Position numbers and translations under genes: made by a program. DNA of 12,568 nucleotides from a virus (lineage: Duplodnaviria; Heunggongvirae; Uroviricota; Caudoviricetes): the IMG/VR virus record IMGVR_UViG_2740892115_000002; one strand, given 5' to 3'. Under the pieces are notes generated by a model. That model saw only the letters and a list, made by a program, of their open reading frames with translations. It was not told where the DNA came from and did no database searches. Shown here one piece after another: positions 1-6,503 of the stretch (its first letter is position 1; every line of letters starts with the position of its first letter).

Positions 1-1461
1 ATGAAAAAATTACTGCGTCTTTTTTTCCCGCTCTCGCTGCGGGTACGTTTTCTGTTAGCAACGGCAGCAGTAGTATTGGTGCTTTCGCTTGCCTACGGAA
101 TGGTTGCGCTGATCGGTTATAGCGTCAGTTTCGATAAAACCACGTTTCGGCTGTTACGTGGCGAGAGCAATCTGTTCTATACCCTTGCGAAGTGGGAAAA
201 CAATAAGTTGCATGTCGAGTTACCCGAAAATATCGACAAGCAAAGCCCCACGATGACACTAATTTATGATGAGAACGGGCAGCTTTTATGGGCGCAACGT
301 GACGTGCCCTGGCTGATGAAGATGATCCAGCCCGACTGGCTAAAATCGAACGGTTTTCATGAAATTGAAGCGGATGTTAACGATACCAGCCTCTTGCTGA
401 GTGGAGATCATTCGATACAGCAACAGTTGCAGGAAGTGCGGGAAGATGATGACGACGCGGAGATGACCCACTCGGTGGCGGTAAACGTCTACCCGGCAAC
501 ATCGCGGATGCCAAAGTTAACCATTGTGGTGGTGGATACCATTCCGGTGGAGCTAAAAAGTTCCTATATGGTCTGGAGCTGGTTTATCTATGTGCTCTCA
601 GCCAATCTGCTGTTAGTGATCCCGCTGCTGTGGGTCGCCGCCTGGTGGAGTTTACGCCCCATCGAAGCCCTGGCAAAAGAAGTCCGCGAACTGGAAGAAC
701 ATAACCGCGAATTGCTCAATCCAGCCACAACGCGGGAACTGACTAGTCTGGTACGAAACCTGAACCGACTGTTAAAAAGTGAACGCGAACGTTACGACAA
801 ATATCGTACGACGCTCACCGACCTGACCCATAGTCTGAAAACGCCACTGGCGGTGCTGCAAAGTACGCTGCGTTCTCTGCGTAGTGAGAAGATGAGCGTC
901 AGTGATGCTGAGCCGGTAATGCTGGAGCAAATCAGCCGCATTTCACAGCAAATTGGCTACTACCTGCATCGTGCCAGTATGCGCGGCGGGACATTGCTTA
1001 GCCGCGAGCTGCATCCGGTCGCCCCACTGCTGGACAATCTCACCTCGGCGCTGAACAAAGTGTATCAACGCAAAGGGGTCAATATCTCTCTCGATATTTC
1101 GCCAGAGATCAGCTTTGTCGGTGAGCAGAACGATTTTGTCGAGGTGATGGGCAACGTGCTGGATAATGCCTGTAAATATTGCCTCGAGTTTGTCGAAATA
1201 TCTGCAAGGCAAACAGACGAGCATCTCTATATTGTGGTCGAGGATGATGGCCCCGGTATTCCATTAAGCAAGCGAGAGGTCATTTTCGACCGTGGTCAAC
1301 GGGTTGATACTTTACGCCCTGGGCAAGGTGTAGGGCTGGCGGTAGCCCGCGAAATCACCGAGCAATATGAGGGTAAAATCGTCGCCGGAGAGAGCATGCT
1401 GGGCGGTGCGCGGATGGAGGTGATTTTTGGTCGCCAGCATTCTGCACCGAAAGATGAATAA
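1..1461 (+). CDS. phoQ: Sensor histidine kinase PhoQ (PhoP/PhoQ two-component system), complete 486 aa
   Basis: Full-length ORF starting at base 1. Translation matches enterobacterial PhoQ as I recall it: N-terminal TM helix, acidic periplasmic patch EDDDDAE, second TM, HAMP, H-box ([10 protein letters not shown]), ATPase motifs ([20 protein letters not shown]), C-terminus HSAPKDE. Confidence 0.96.
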   Translation: MKKLLRLFFPLSLRVRFLLATAAVVLVLSLAYGMVALIGYSVSFDKTTFRLLRGESNLFYTLAKWENNKLHVELPENIDKQSPTMTLIYDENGQLLWAQRDVPWLMKMIQPDWLKSNGFHEIEADVNDTSLLLSGDHSIQQQLQEVREDDDDAEMTHSVAVNVYPATSRMPKLTIVVVDTIPVELKSSYMVWSWFIYVLSANLLLVIPLLWVAAWWSLRPIEALAKEVRELEEHNRELLNPATTRELTSLVRNLNRLLKSERERYDKYRTTLTDLTHSLKTPLAVLQSTLRSLRSEKMSVSDAEPVMLEQISRISQQIGYYLHRASMRGGTLLSRELHPVAPLLDNLTSALNKVYQRKGVNISLDISPEISFVGEQNDFVEVMGNVLDNACKYCLEFVEISARQTDEHLYIVVEDDGPGIPLSKREVIFDRGQRVDTLRPGQGVGLAVAREITEQYEGKIVAGESMLGGARMEVIFGRQHSAPKDE

Positions 1462-1910
1462 ATATGTCCTTTTATCACTATATCAAGACAAACCATTGAT
1501 TTAATTAAATAATCTGCACTGCAAAAAGTGCCAAAAATCGCAAATTGACTACACCATTAACTACACCGTTCGGTGCACCGTATGAAACAACGTGGAACAA
1601 ATAGACACAAGAAATATACAGGCGGATCATCTTTCCAGGGGGAAGCGCACCAATTCATGAGGGGCGTTAATGTCTATATGGGGATCCCCACCTACCGGAA
1701 TTTTTTTCCGGTTAAACGTTAATCAGGCTGGTGGGCTTTACCTGTTCGGTAGGTGTTATGATTATCGTAATACCTTTCCCCCAATGGGGTAAAAGCATCA
1801 ACCGTAACGAAAGTCGTTATGGTTGCCTTGATGGTCTGCGTGGTCATTATGACCATTCAGAATTTGAAGGGTGATGTTTCCGATCTCCTCAAATTGAGGT
1901 TGCCGGAAAT

Positions 1911-2130
1911 ATCAACGGGTTAGGCCAGAGTGCAAATTTGCACTCTGGAACAATTCCAACCAGTTATCGGCATCAGGCCCACCAGCCAACGCAATTTTGA
2001 GCTTTGCTTTAATCTCAGTGAGTTACCGCGCCAATTTCCGCAGTCTGTGTAAATTGGGAAGAATCAACGGGTTAGGCTGGTTTCCCCGATGTTCGCCGCT
2101 GGCGAATTTCGAAAATATCAACCAGTTACC
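1911..2130 (+). repeat. Four direct copies of a 12-14 bp motif ATCAAC(G/C)(G/A)GTTA
   Basis: Copies at 1911-1925 (atcaacgggttaggc), 1955-1968 (tccaaccagttatc), 2063-2077 (atcaacgggttaggc), 2117-2130 (atcaaccagttacc). All in the same orientation in ORF-free DNA; the last overlaps the stop of the 93-aa ORF. Confidence 0.6.
1925..1948. promoter_or_regulatory. 24-bp perfect palindrome ccagagtgcaaa/tttgcactctgg; candidate dimeric protein binding site or recombination core
   Basis: First half ccagagtgcaaa is the exact reverse complement of second half tttgcactctgg. Directly abuts the first ATCAACGGGTTAGG repeat. No flanking T-run on either strand, so not a terminator. Confidence 0.5.
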
Positions 2131-2407
2131 GCCGTAACCGCTCCGGCTTCTTCCAGTGGTACGTAATTTTTGCTTTTTCCCTGTACGTCTGCACGCGGCG
2201 ACGGTAGGCCAGCATTTCAAGAACGCGGATCCGTATGTCGCGCATATCAACATCATTAAGCTGGATACCATCACGGCGCATCACCTCAGCAACAACACGC
2301 ACATAATTTTCAGCGGTCACGCTGTCCGGCTGTGTGGCCTGTTCGTCATGCTGCTGGCTGATTCCGGTAACGCGGCGGATTAATCCCAGTAGTTCGGCTT
2401 CTGTCAT
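2126..2407 (-). CDS. Hypothetical 93-aa protein adjacent to the cos region
   Basis: ORF with GGGGG Shine-Dalgarno-like sequence 4 nt upstream of the ATG. Basic C-terminus. The opposite-strand ORF 2156..2383 looks like a low-complexity antisense artifact. No family recognised. Confidence 0.5.
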   Translation of the reverse strand: MTEAELLGLIRRVTGISQQHDEQATQPDSVTAENYVRVVAEVMRRDGIQLNDVDMRDIRIRVLEMLAYRRRVQTYREKAKITYHWKKPERLRR

Positions 2408-2440
2408 TGTGCCCCCATCGCTCTGATAGTCTGGTGTCGT

Positions 2441-2670
2441 CGGGTCCTTCCTGGAATTATGGCCCGTTACGGGGCGGCGACCTCGCGGTTTTTCGCTATT
2501 TATGAGATTTTTTGAGGGGGTGGTTGTTGTTTAATTGTTTGGTATATCTAATTGATAAGTAAGGTAAAAATAAAATAAATACAACAACCTTACGATGTAT
2601 TTTGATGTCATTAATGTGAAAAAATTCAATGATATCAAATGGTTTTGTAAAAACACATGGTTGTTGTATC
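2441..2670 (+). other. cos-like site A (rightward orientation): lambda-type cosN plus GGTTGTTGT repeat set
   Basis: 2462-2487 gcccgttacg|gggcggcgacct|cgcg matches the lambda cosN and 12-nt cohesive end GGGCGGCGACCT as I recall it (core 2472-2483), followed by TTTTTCGCTATTTATGA as in the lambda left end. Inward repeats GGTTGTTGT at 2522-2530 and 2659-2667, inverted ACAACAACC at 2581-2589, with AT-rich spacers. Confidence 0.6.
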
Positions 2671-2844
2671 GCGTATTTGATGGCGTAACAGAAAGTGATT
2701 TTTAACTTTACCGCTCTGTAACTACGGATTATTCCATGCTGGCACGGAGAACGGCTACGGCATGACGCCACCCAGCCTATACAGAACAGTAAAGCCGATA
2801 AATTGTTAATCACGCGCAGCAATGCGTGTGATTTTTGCACACTT

Positions 2845-3038
2845 CCGGTTAACGGGTACGATGTCCGGTTTTAGTGTCTGTTTTTTGCGCATGTCCGGTT
2901 CATAGAAAGCATGTTTTTATATTTTTCATATGGTTAACTTGCAGAGAAACCGGACATGGATCCCGGAAAATTTTCATAAATAGTGAAAACGCGCGAGGTC
3001 GCCGCCCCGTAACGGGCCATAATTCCAGGAAGGACCCG
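2845..3038 (-). other. cos-like site B (leftward orientation): lambda-type cosN plus ATGTCCGGTT repeat set
   Basis: Read on the minus strand from 3038: cosN (core 2996-3007), then CGTTTTCACTATTTATGAAAATTTTCCGG, which is nearly identical to lambda sequence just inside cosN from memory. Then ATGTCCGGTT-type repeats at 2948-2957, 2891-2900 and 2861-2870 in a direct/inverted/inverted pattern, spaced roughly 50, 105 and 135 bp from cosN, reminiscent of lambda R3/R2/R1 with an AT-rich stretch between. Confidence 0.65.
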
Positions 3039-3039
3039 T

Positions 3040-3062
3040 AAAAAAGCCGGATTTCTCCGGCC
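3040..3062 (-). terminator. Rho-independent terminator after the late-type operon
   Basis: Stem gccgga/tccggc (3047-3052 / 3057-3062) with loop tttc. On the minus strand it is followed by a 7-U run (plus-strand A-run 3040-3046). Lies immediately after the stop of the 137-aa ORF. Confidence 0.7.
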
Positions 3063-3067
3063 TTGTC

Positions 3068-3481
3068 TCAGATGGTTTTCAGTATGCGATCGATGTCGCC
3101 GTCATCGCCCTGGTTTCTGCCATCGTATGCCATGCCAGCTGATACGGCTTGCGGGCTGTGCATGTCCATAAAGTTTTCAAAGGCTGCGGTAAGCTCTGGT
3201 GCAACCTTTGGGCGCTCCTGCTCTATGGTCATGTTCAGGATTTCACGAGCATTATCGACGCTAATACATGGCACGTTTGCCATTGCACGTAACAGCGGCT
3301 GATAGTCTTTATGCTCATGAAGCGCCATAATCGCATCAGCGCGCGGCTTGTCCTGCTCTTCCAGTTTGTTTAGTTGATATACGGCCTCATAGGTTGATAA
3401 ACCTCTGTCAGCCATTGCCCGCGCTTCGGCTTTAAATTTACTCGCCAGCGGTAGCGTCATGATGCTTTCATTCGTTGCCAT
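3068..3481 (-). CDS. Hypothetical 137-aa protein, last gene of the capsid operon
   Basis: ORF 12 nt downstream of the gpD-like gene on the same strand, followed by the terminator. No family recognised. Confidence 0.55.
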   Translation of the reverse strand: MATNESIMTLPLASKFKAEARAMADRGLSTYEAVYQLNKLEEQDKPRADAIMALHEHKDYQPLLRAMANVPCISVDNAREILNMTIEQERPKVAPELTAAFENFMDMHSPQAVSAGMAYDGRNQGDDGDIDRILKTI

Positions 3482-3493
3482 CGTTCCCCCTGC

Positions 3494-3829
3494 TTATCGG
3501 GCCAGCGGCTGAACGGATACGCCGGAACCCGCAAAGGCGGCGCATTTTTTCGCATCGGTGTCGACGCTCTCAGGCCAGTTAACGGCGGCAATATTGAATA
3601 TCCCCGTCTTGTAACACTGTGCTGATTTCTGCTTTGACGTGTCCACAGGGTACGAGGTCAGATAAACAGCCTTGCCAGATTCCTTACCATCCCACGGCTT
3701 AAACTCGCCATTGTCCGCCAGCATCAGCGGGGTAAATTCCTGAATAACGCCAGCATCAGCGGCAAAATGTACCAGCGTCGTGGCGACCTGCTGACTGCCT
3801 GCAAATAACTCAATGTATGGAGTGTCCAT
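3494..3829 (-). CDS. Head decoration protein, lambda gpD-like (111 aa)
   Basis: Size and motifs resemble lambda gpD from memory: TPLMLAD, WDG, YKTGIF...WPE, KKCAAFAGSGVSV versus lambda TPLMLD, WDG, YKSGTF...WPE, KKRTAFAGTAISIV. Confidence 0.75.
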   Translation of the reverse strand: MDTPYIELFAGSQQVATTLVHFAADAGVIQEFTPLMLADNGEFKPWDGKESGKAVYLTSYPVDTSKQKSAQCYKTGIFNIAAVNWPESVDTDAKKCAAFAGSGVSVQPLAR

Positions 3830-3840
3830 AGAATCCCCCG

Positions 3841-4896
3841 TTAACCAATTTTGACGGTAACAAATTTGCGAATATCTGCCGGAACCGGCTGCGGTGCGCT
3901 GTGCGTCTGCACGTACTCAATCGCCGGATCGCCGTCCTCAATCCAGTTTTTCGGGTAAAACATGTTTTGCGTTGCGCCCGTTCTTACTGCGTCCTGATCC
4001 ATAATCGCACCATAGGCCACCAGCCCTTTATTGTTGGTGTTGCCCAGGACAAGCAAATCAGGCTCAAGGAAATATTTTTCTGTGCCGTCGCTGTCAGTGT
4101 ATTTGCCGGAATAGACGATAAGGGCAATATCGCCCAGATAGCCTTTAAAGCTCACCACTTCGCCCAGGTTTTTACAGGCCAGCTCTGCGGCGGACTCTGA
4201 ACCACGGGAAAGATCGTACAGCTCACGGAATTTTTTAAAGCTGCGTAACGTTCGCCATACCTCAGCGCCCATAATCATGACGTTTGCGGGGCAACCAGCC
4301 TGATCGGCGTATAGTTCGATATCATAGATTGGATCGTGGGTTTCTTTGTCCTGCTCTGACCATTTTTTCCCGTCGGCCTGCTCTATGATGTTTTTTTCCG
4401 GTATCTTCCAGTCGATTTCATAGCGCTCTATGCCTTCGCCTTCAATGATGTTTTTTCCGGTCGTTACCGCATTTACCGCCAGCCATTCCACGCGCGCTTT
4501 TATGGCGTTTATCTGGCGGCGCATATTGCCAGTAATCAGGCGCATACGGCGATAGGTAGGGTCGTTAAGCTGTGCCGGATCTTCTCCAGCCATGCGCATG
4601 ATGGTTTTCGTTGGATCGATTTCGTGCTTTGGCTTCATGTAGCCAGGTTTAATCGTGCTGGTTTCGTACCCTTTATCGCGCTGAACCTGGCTACCCACCA
4701 TAGGCGAACAAAACGCCGACATGGTGACTTCTTCAATGTCCAGGGTATCCAGCATGATGTTTTGCGTGCTGAATGTCGCCACGTTCGGGAAAAACAGCGT
4801 GGTAAACAGCGGACTGAATTTAAATTCCGCAATATCCCCGCGATTCAGGTACGCAAAAAGCTGGTTAGTGTTAAGTGCCATTGCTTTTACTGTCAT
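3841..4896 (-). CDS. Major capsid protein, lambda gpE-like (351 aa)
   Basis: Multiple conserved blocks shared with lambda gpE as recalled: FKFSPLF..LFF, KPGYMKPKHE, EDPAQLNDPTYRRMR, WSEQDKETHDP, RGSESAAELACKNLGEVVSFKGYLGDIALIVYSGKY, VLGNTNNKGL.AYG, YPKNWIEDGDPA, SAP. Start overlaps the upstream ORF stop (TAATG). Confidence 0.88.
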   Translation of the reverse strand: MTVKAMALNTNQLFAYLNRGDIAEFKFSPLFTTLFFPNVATFSTQNIMLDTLDIEEVTMSAFCSPMVGSQVQRDKGYETSTIKPGYMKPKHEIDPTKTIMRMAGEDPAQLNDPTYRRMRLITGNMRRQINAIKARVEWLAVNAVTTGKNIIEGEGIERYEIDWKIPEKNIIEQADGKKWSEQDKETHDPIYDIELYADQAGCPANVMIMGAEVWRTLRSFKKFRELYDLSRGSESAAELACKNLGEVVSFKGYLGDIALIVYSGKYTDSDGTEKYFLEPDLLVLGNTNNKGLVAYGAIMDQDAVRTGATQNMFYPKNWIEDGDPAIEYVQTHSAPQPVPADIRKFVTVKIG

Positions 4897-5102
4897 TATT
4901 CACCCCCGTGAACCTGATTCATACCCAGCGCCGCGCGTAAATAGGCGCGTACCTGCCAGCCTGTTGACGGCTCAACCATCGCCAGCGGATCAAGTCCTGC
5001 CGCAATGCCTGCTTTTACGTTCTGCTGGTGGCGTTCCTTGAGCGCCTTCACGATGTCGGGGCTTATGTACACCGAAATACCGCCTTTTTTCTCTTCAGCC
5101 AT
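4896..5102 (-). CDS. Hypothetical 68-aa protein, first gene of the capsid operon
   Basis: AGAGGAA Shine-Dalgarno-like sequence upstream of the ATG at 5102. Stop overlaps the capsid start by 1 nt, suggesting translational coupling. No family recognised. Confidence 0.5.
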   Translation of the reverse strand: MAEEKKGGISVYISPDIVKALKERHQQNVKAGIAAGLDPLAMVEPSTGWQVRAYLRAALGMNQVHGGE

Positions 5103-5137
5103 AGTAAGAAATTCCTCTTTGACTTAAAAAATCATAA

Positions 5138-5187
5138 CTGGATGTTCATCCAGCTCTGATTATAATCAGGATTGCATTTTGTGCAAT
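5138..5187 (-). promoter_or_regulatory. Candidate late-operon promoter overlapped by three adjacent palindromes
   Basis: Palindromes ctggatg-tt-catccag (5138-5153), ctgattataatcag (5156-5169) and attgca-ttttg-tgcaat (5171-5187). On the minus strand, TATAAT (5164..5159) with TTGCAC about 16 nt upstream (5186..5181), placing a start site about 50 nt upstream of the ATG at 5102. Confidence 0.45.
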
Positions 5188-5265
5188 GATATTGAGTTGT
5201 GTTGCAAATTATGAAATGATTATCCCGATCATGTGTGTCAGTGCACCAAAAAGCCTCATATGCAA

Positions 5266-5305
5266 AAGCCCGATAAGCCACCTCTGACCTTATCGGGCTT
5301 TTTTA
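5266..5305 (+). terminator. Plus-strand rho-independent terminator with no annotated plus-strand gene upstream
   Basis: Stem aagcccgataag / cttatcgggctt with an 11-nt loop, followed by TTTTTTAT on the plus strand. Confidence 0.5.
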
Positions 5306-5469
5306 TCTGCCTGCAAAGATGTCGAACAAAAATTAACCACAACCATCATCTTTTTTGCATCAAAACAATTAAAAACAATAAATTACGCTCATGATGATGA
5401 TGACGATAAAATCACAAAAATGCGCTTTTTTCCGCGCTTCCCGCCCCGTGTTCAGGCCCACCCCGCCAG

Positions 5470-5492
5470 GAGGACCCGTAAAAAAGCCGGAT
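5470..5492 (-). terminator. Rho-independent terminator after ssb
   Basis: Stem gccgga/tccggc with loop ttgc, followed on the minus strand by a U-run (plus-strand A-run 5470-5476). Nearly identical in sequence to the terminator at 3040-3062. Confidence 0.7.
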
Positions 5493-5517
5493 TGCTCCGG
5501 CTTCTGTCTCTCGTCGC

Positions 5518-5940
5518 TTAAAACGGTATGTTATCCCCGTACGGATCATCATTCCCCGCCTGTTGTTTTGCCCTGTTCAGCGCGTCAGTAGCCTGGCCCT
5601 GTTGACCTTTTTTGCCGCCCAGTCGCGCCGTTCGCGCACTGATTACACTGTCTGCGATAACCTGCCAGCCCTGCCGCGTTTCTCCGTTCTGCCCAGTCCA
5701 CTGGCTGATCTGCATGTTACCCGCCACGCTCAGGAGTTCACCCTTGCGGTGCCTTTCCAGTGCTTCGGCCTGTCTGCCAAATGCCAGGACGGATAACCAC
5801 ATCGTCGCCGTTCCGTCATCTGCCTGGCTGCACGGAAGGGGGACCGCCATACGCGCCAGCGTCATCGGTGTGCCCTTGCTGGTCTGTTTTACCTGCGGGT
5901 CGTCCACCAGCCGCCCGTAAGCTGCTATCTGTGCTGTCAT
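5518..5940 (-). CDS. ssb: Single-stranded DNA-binding protein (SSB-like, 140 aa)
   Basis: OB-fold-like N-terminal region with SSB-like blocks (LSVLAFGRQAEALERHRKGELLSVAGNMQISQWTGQNGETRQGWQV), Gly/Gln-rich linker, and acidic C-terminal tail ending DDPYGDNIPF, comparable to the DDDIPF tail of E. coli SSB. Confidence 0.8.
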   Translation of the reverse strand: MTAQIAAYGRLVDDPQVKQTSKGTPMTLARMAVPLPCSQADDGTATMWLSVLAFGRQAEALERHRKGELLSVAGNMQISQWTGQNGETRQGWQVIADSVISARTARLGGKKGQQGQATDALNRAKQQAGNDDPYGDNIPF

Positions 5941-6215
5941 GATTCCACCTCTCCGGTTTTAACGTTGATGGTTGTTACCTGTTCCGCTTCGGCAATCTCC
6001 CGCTCTGTCAGCGTGGCAAAATTTGCCGCCGTCGTGGTCATGAATGCGCTTATCAGTTCGGGATGTGCTTTCGCGTATCCTTCCCCCGCGTGGCGGTCTA
6101 TCGTTCTGATTGCCACCTTTAAAGCGTGCTCTGTCATGTCTAACGCGCGATATTTCGGTTCTGTTCTGTCTCTGCGTTTTTTGAGTGATTTATTAAATTT
6201 CCCTGAAGTGTGCAT
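5937..6215 (-). CDS. Hypothetical 92-aa protein translationally coupled to ssb (start uncertain; internal Met at 6137 possible)
   Basis: Stop overlaps the ssb start (ATGA). Lies directly 3' of the iteron origin. No family recognised. Confidence 0.45.
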   Translation of the reverse strand: MHTSGKFNKSLKKRRDRTEPKYRALDMTEHALKVAIRTIDRHAGEGYAKAHPELISAFMTTTAANFATLTEREIAEAEQVTTINVKTGEVES

Positions 6216-6259
6216 ATTTATTTTTACCCCCTCGTTTAAAAAGTTTTGAGTTGTGCCTC

Positions 6260-6495
6260 CCCTTGTCTACCTTATCTACCTTAGTGGCCCTCATGCCAGT
6301 AATGGCGCGGCTTTCAGCGGGGTAGAGTGCTTTTATCCACTATCTACCCCGTGTCTACCTCCCTGTCTGATTCAGGTAAAATCAGGTAGAGAGGGTAGAT
6401 AGTGGGTAGACAGTAAAAAAAGGCTATCTACCTAACTTAATGCACTGAATTAAATGTATTTTTCTTTACTCAGGTAGACAGGGTAGACAGCAATT
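6260..6495. repeat. Replication origin-like iteron array (about 11 copies of the 7-bp unit TCTACC / GGTAGA in both orientations around an AT-rich core)
   Basis: gtctacc and atctacc at 6265-6280, ggtagag at 6321, atctacc and gtctacc at 6342-6359, ggtagag-ggtagat-ggtagac at 6386-6411, atctacc at 6426, ggtagac-ggtagac at 6474-6489, with an AT-rich segment at 6434-6471. Located immediately 3' of the primase-helicase gene, as in satellite and PICI origins. Confidence 0.7.
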
Positions 6496-6503
6496 ACAAA
6501 AAA

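Larger units (their letters stand above)
2441..3038. repeat. Perfect 47-bp inverted repeat (arms 2441-2487 and 2992-3038) flanking a 504-bp AT-rich non-coding segment
   Basis: Reverse complement of 2441-2487 (cgggtccttcctggaattatggcccgttacggggcggcgacctcgcg) is identical to 2992-3038. Similarity continues imperfectly about 25 bp further inward on both sides (gtttttcgctatttatgag vs cgttttcactatttatgaaaattttccgg). Confidence 0.9.

Noticed and set aside
943-1496. Minus-strand ORFs (93 aa and 66 aa) inside or overlapping phoQ
   Set aside because: Antisense to a well-supported full-length phoQ; typical shadow ORFs.
1462-1530. Candidate phoQ transcription terminator or att core immediately after the phoQ stop
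   Set aside because: Only a weak 5-bp hairpin (gcact/agtgc) without a T-run. The island junction cannot be placed without an island-free reference or the other island end.
2496-2840. 114-aa ORF on the minus strand inside the inverted-repeat-bounded segment
   Set aside because: Low-complexity, AT-rich translation with no start context. The region is better explained as cos-associated binding repeats.
2441-3038. Inverted-repeat-bounded segment as a MITE/IS remnant, invertible promoter switch or retron-like ncRNA
   Set aside because: The repeat arms match the lambda cosN sequence rather than transposon ends. No recombinase or reverse transcriptase is adjacent, and the interior repeats are arranged like cosB R sites.
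3063-5041. Plus-strand ORFs overlapping the capsid operon (3063..3302, 3901..4200, 4624..4911, 4721..5041)
   Set aside because: Antisense to genes with clear gpD and gpE homology; no start contexts.
5391-5942. Plus-strand ORFs across the ssb terminator and ssb body (5391..5591, 5563..5796, 5612..5920, 5760..5942)
   Set aside because: They span a terminator hairpin or are antisense to SSB; compositionally atypical.
6260-6495. Short repeat array as a CRISPR locus
   Set aside because: Units are only 7 bp, occur in both orientations, have irregular spacing and no cas genes. They fit origin iterons.
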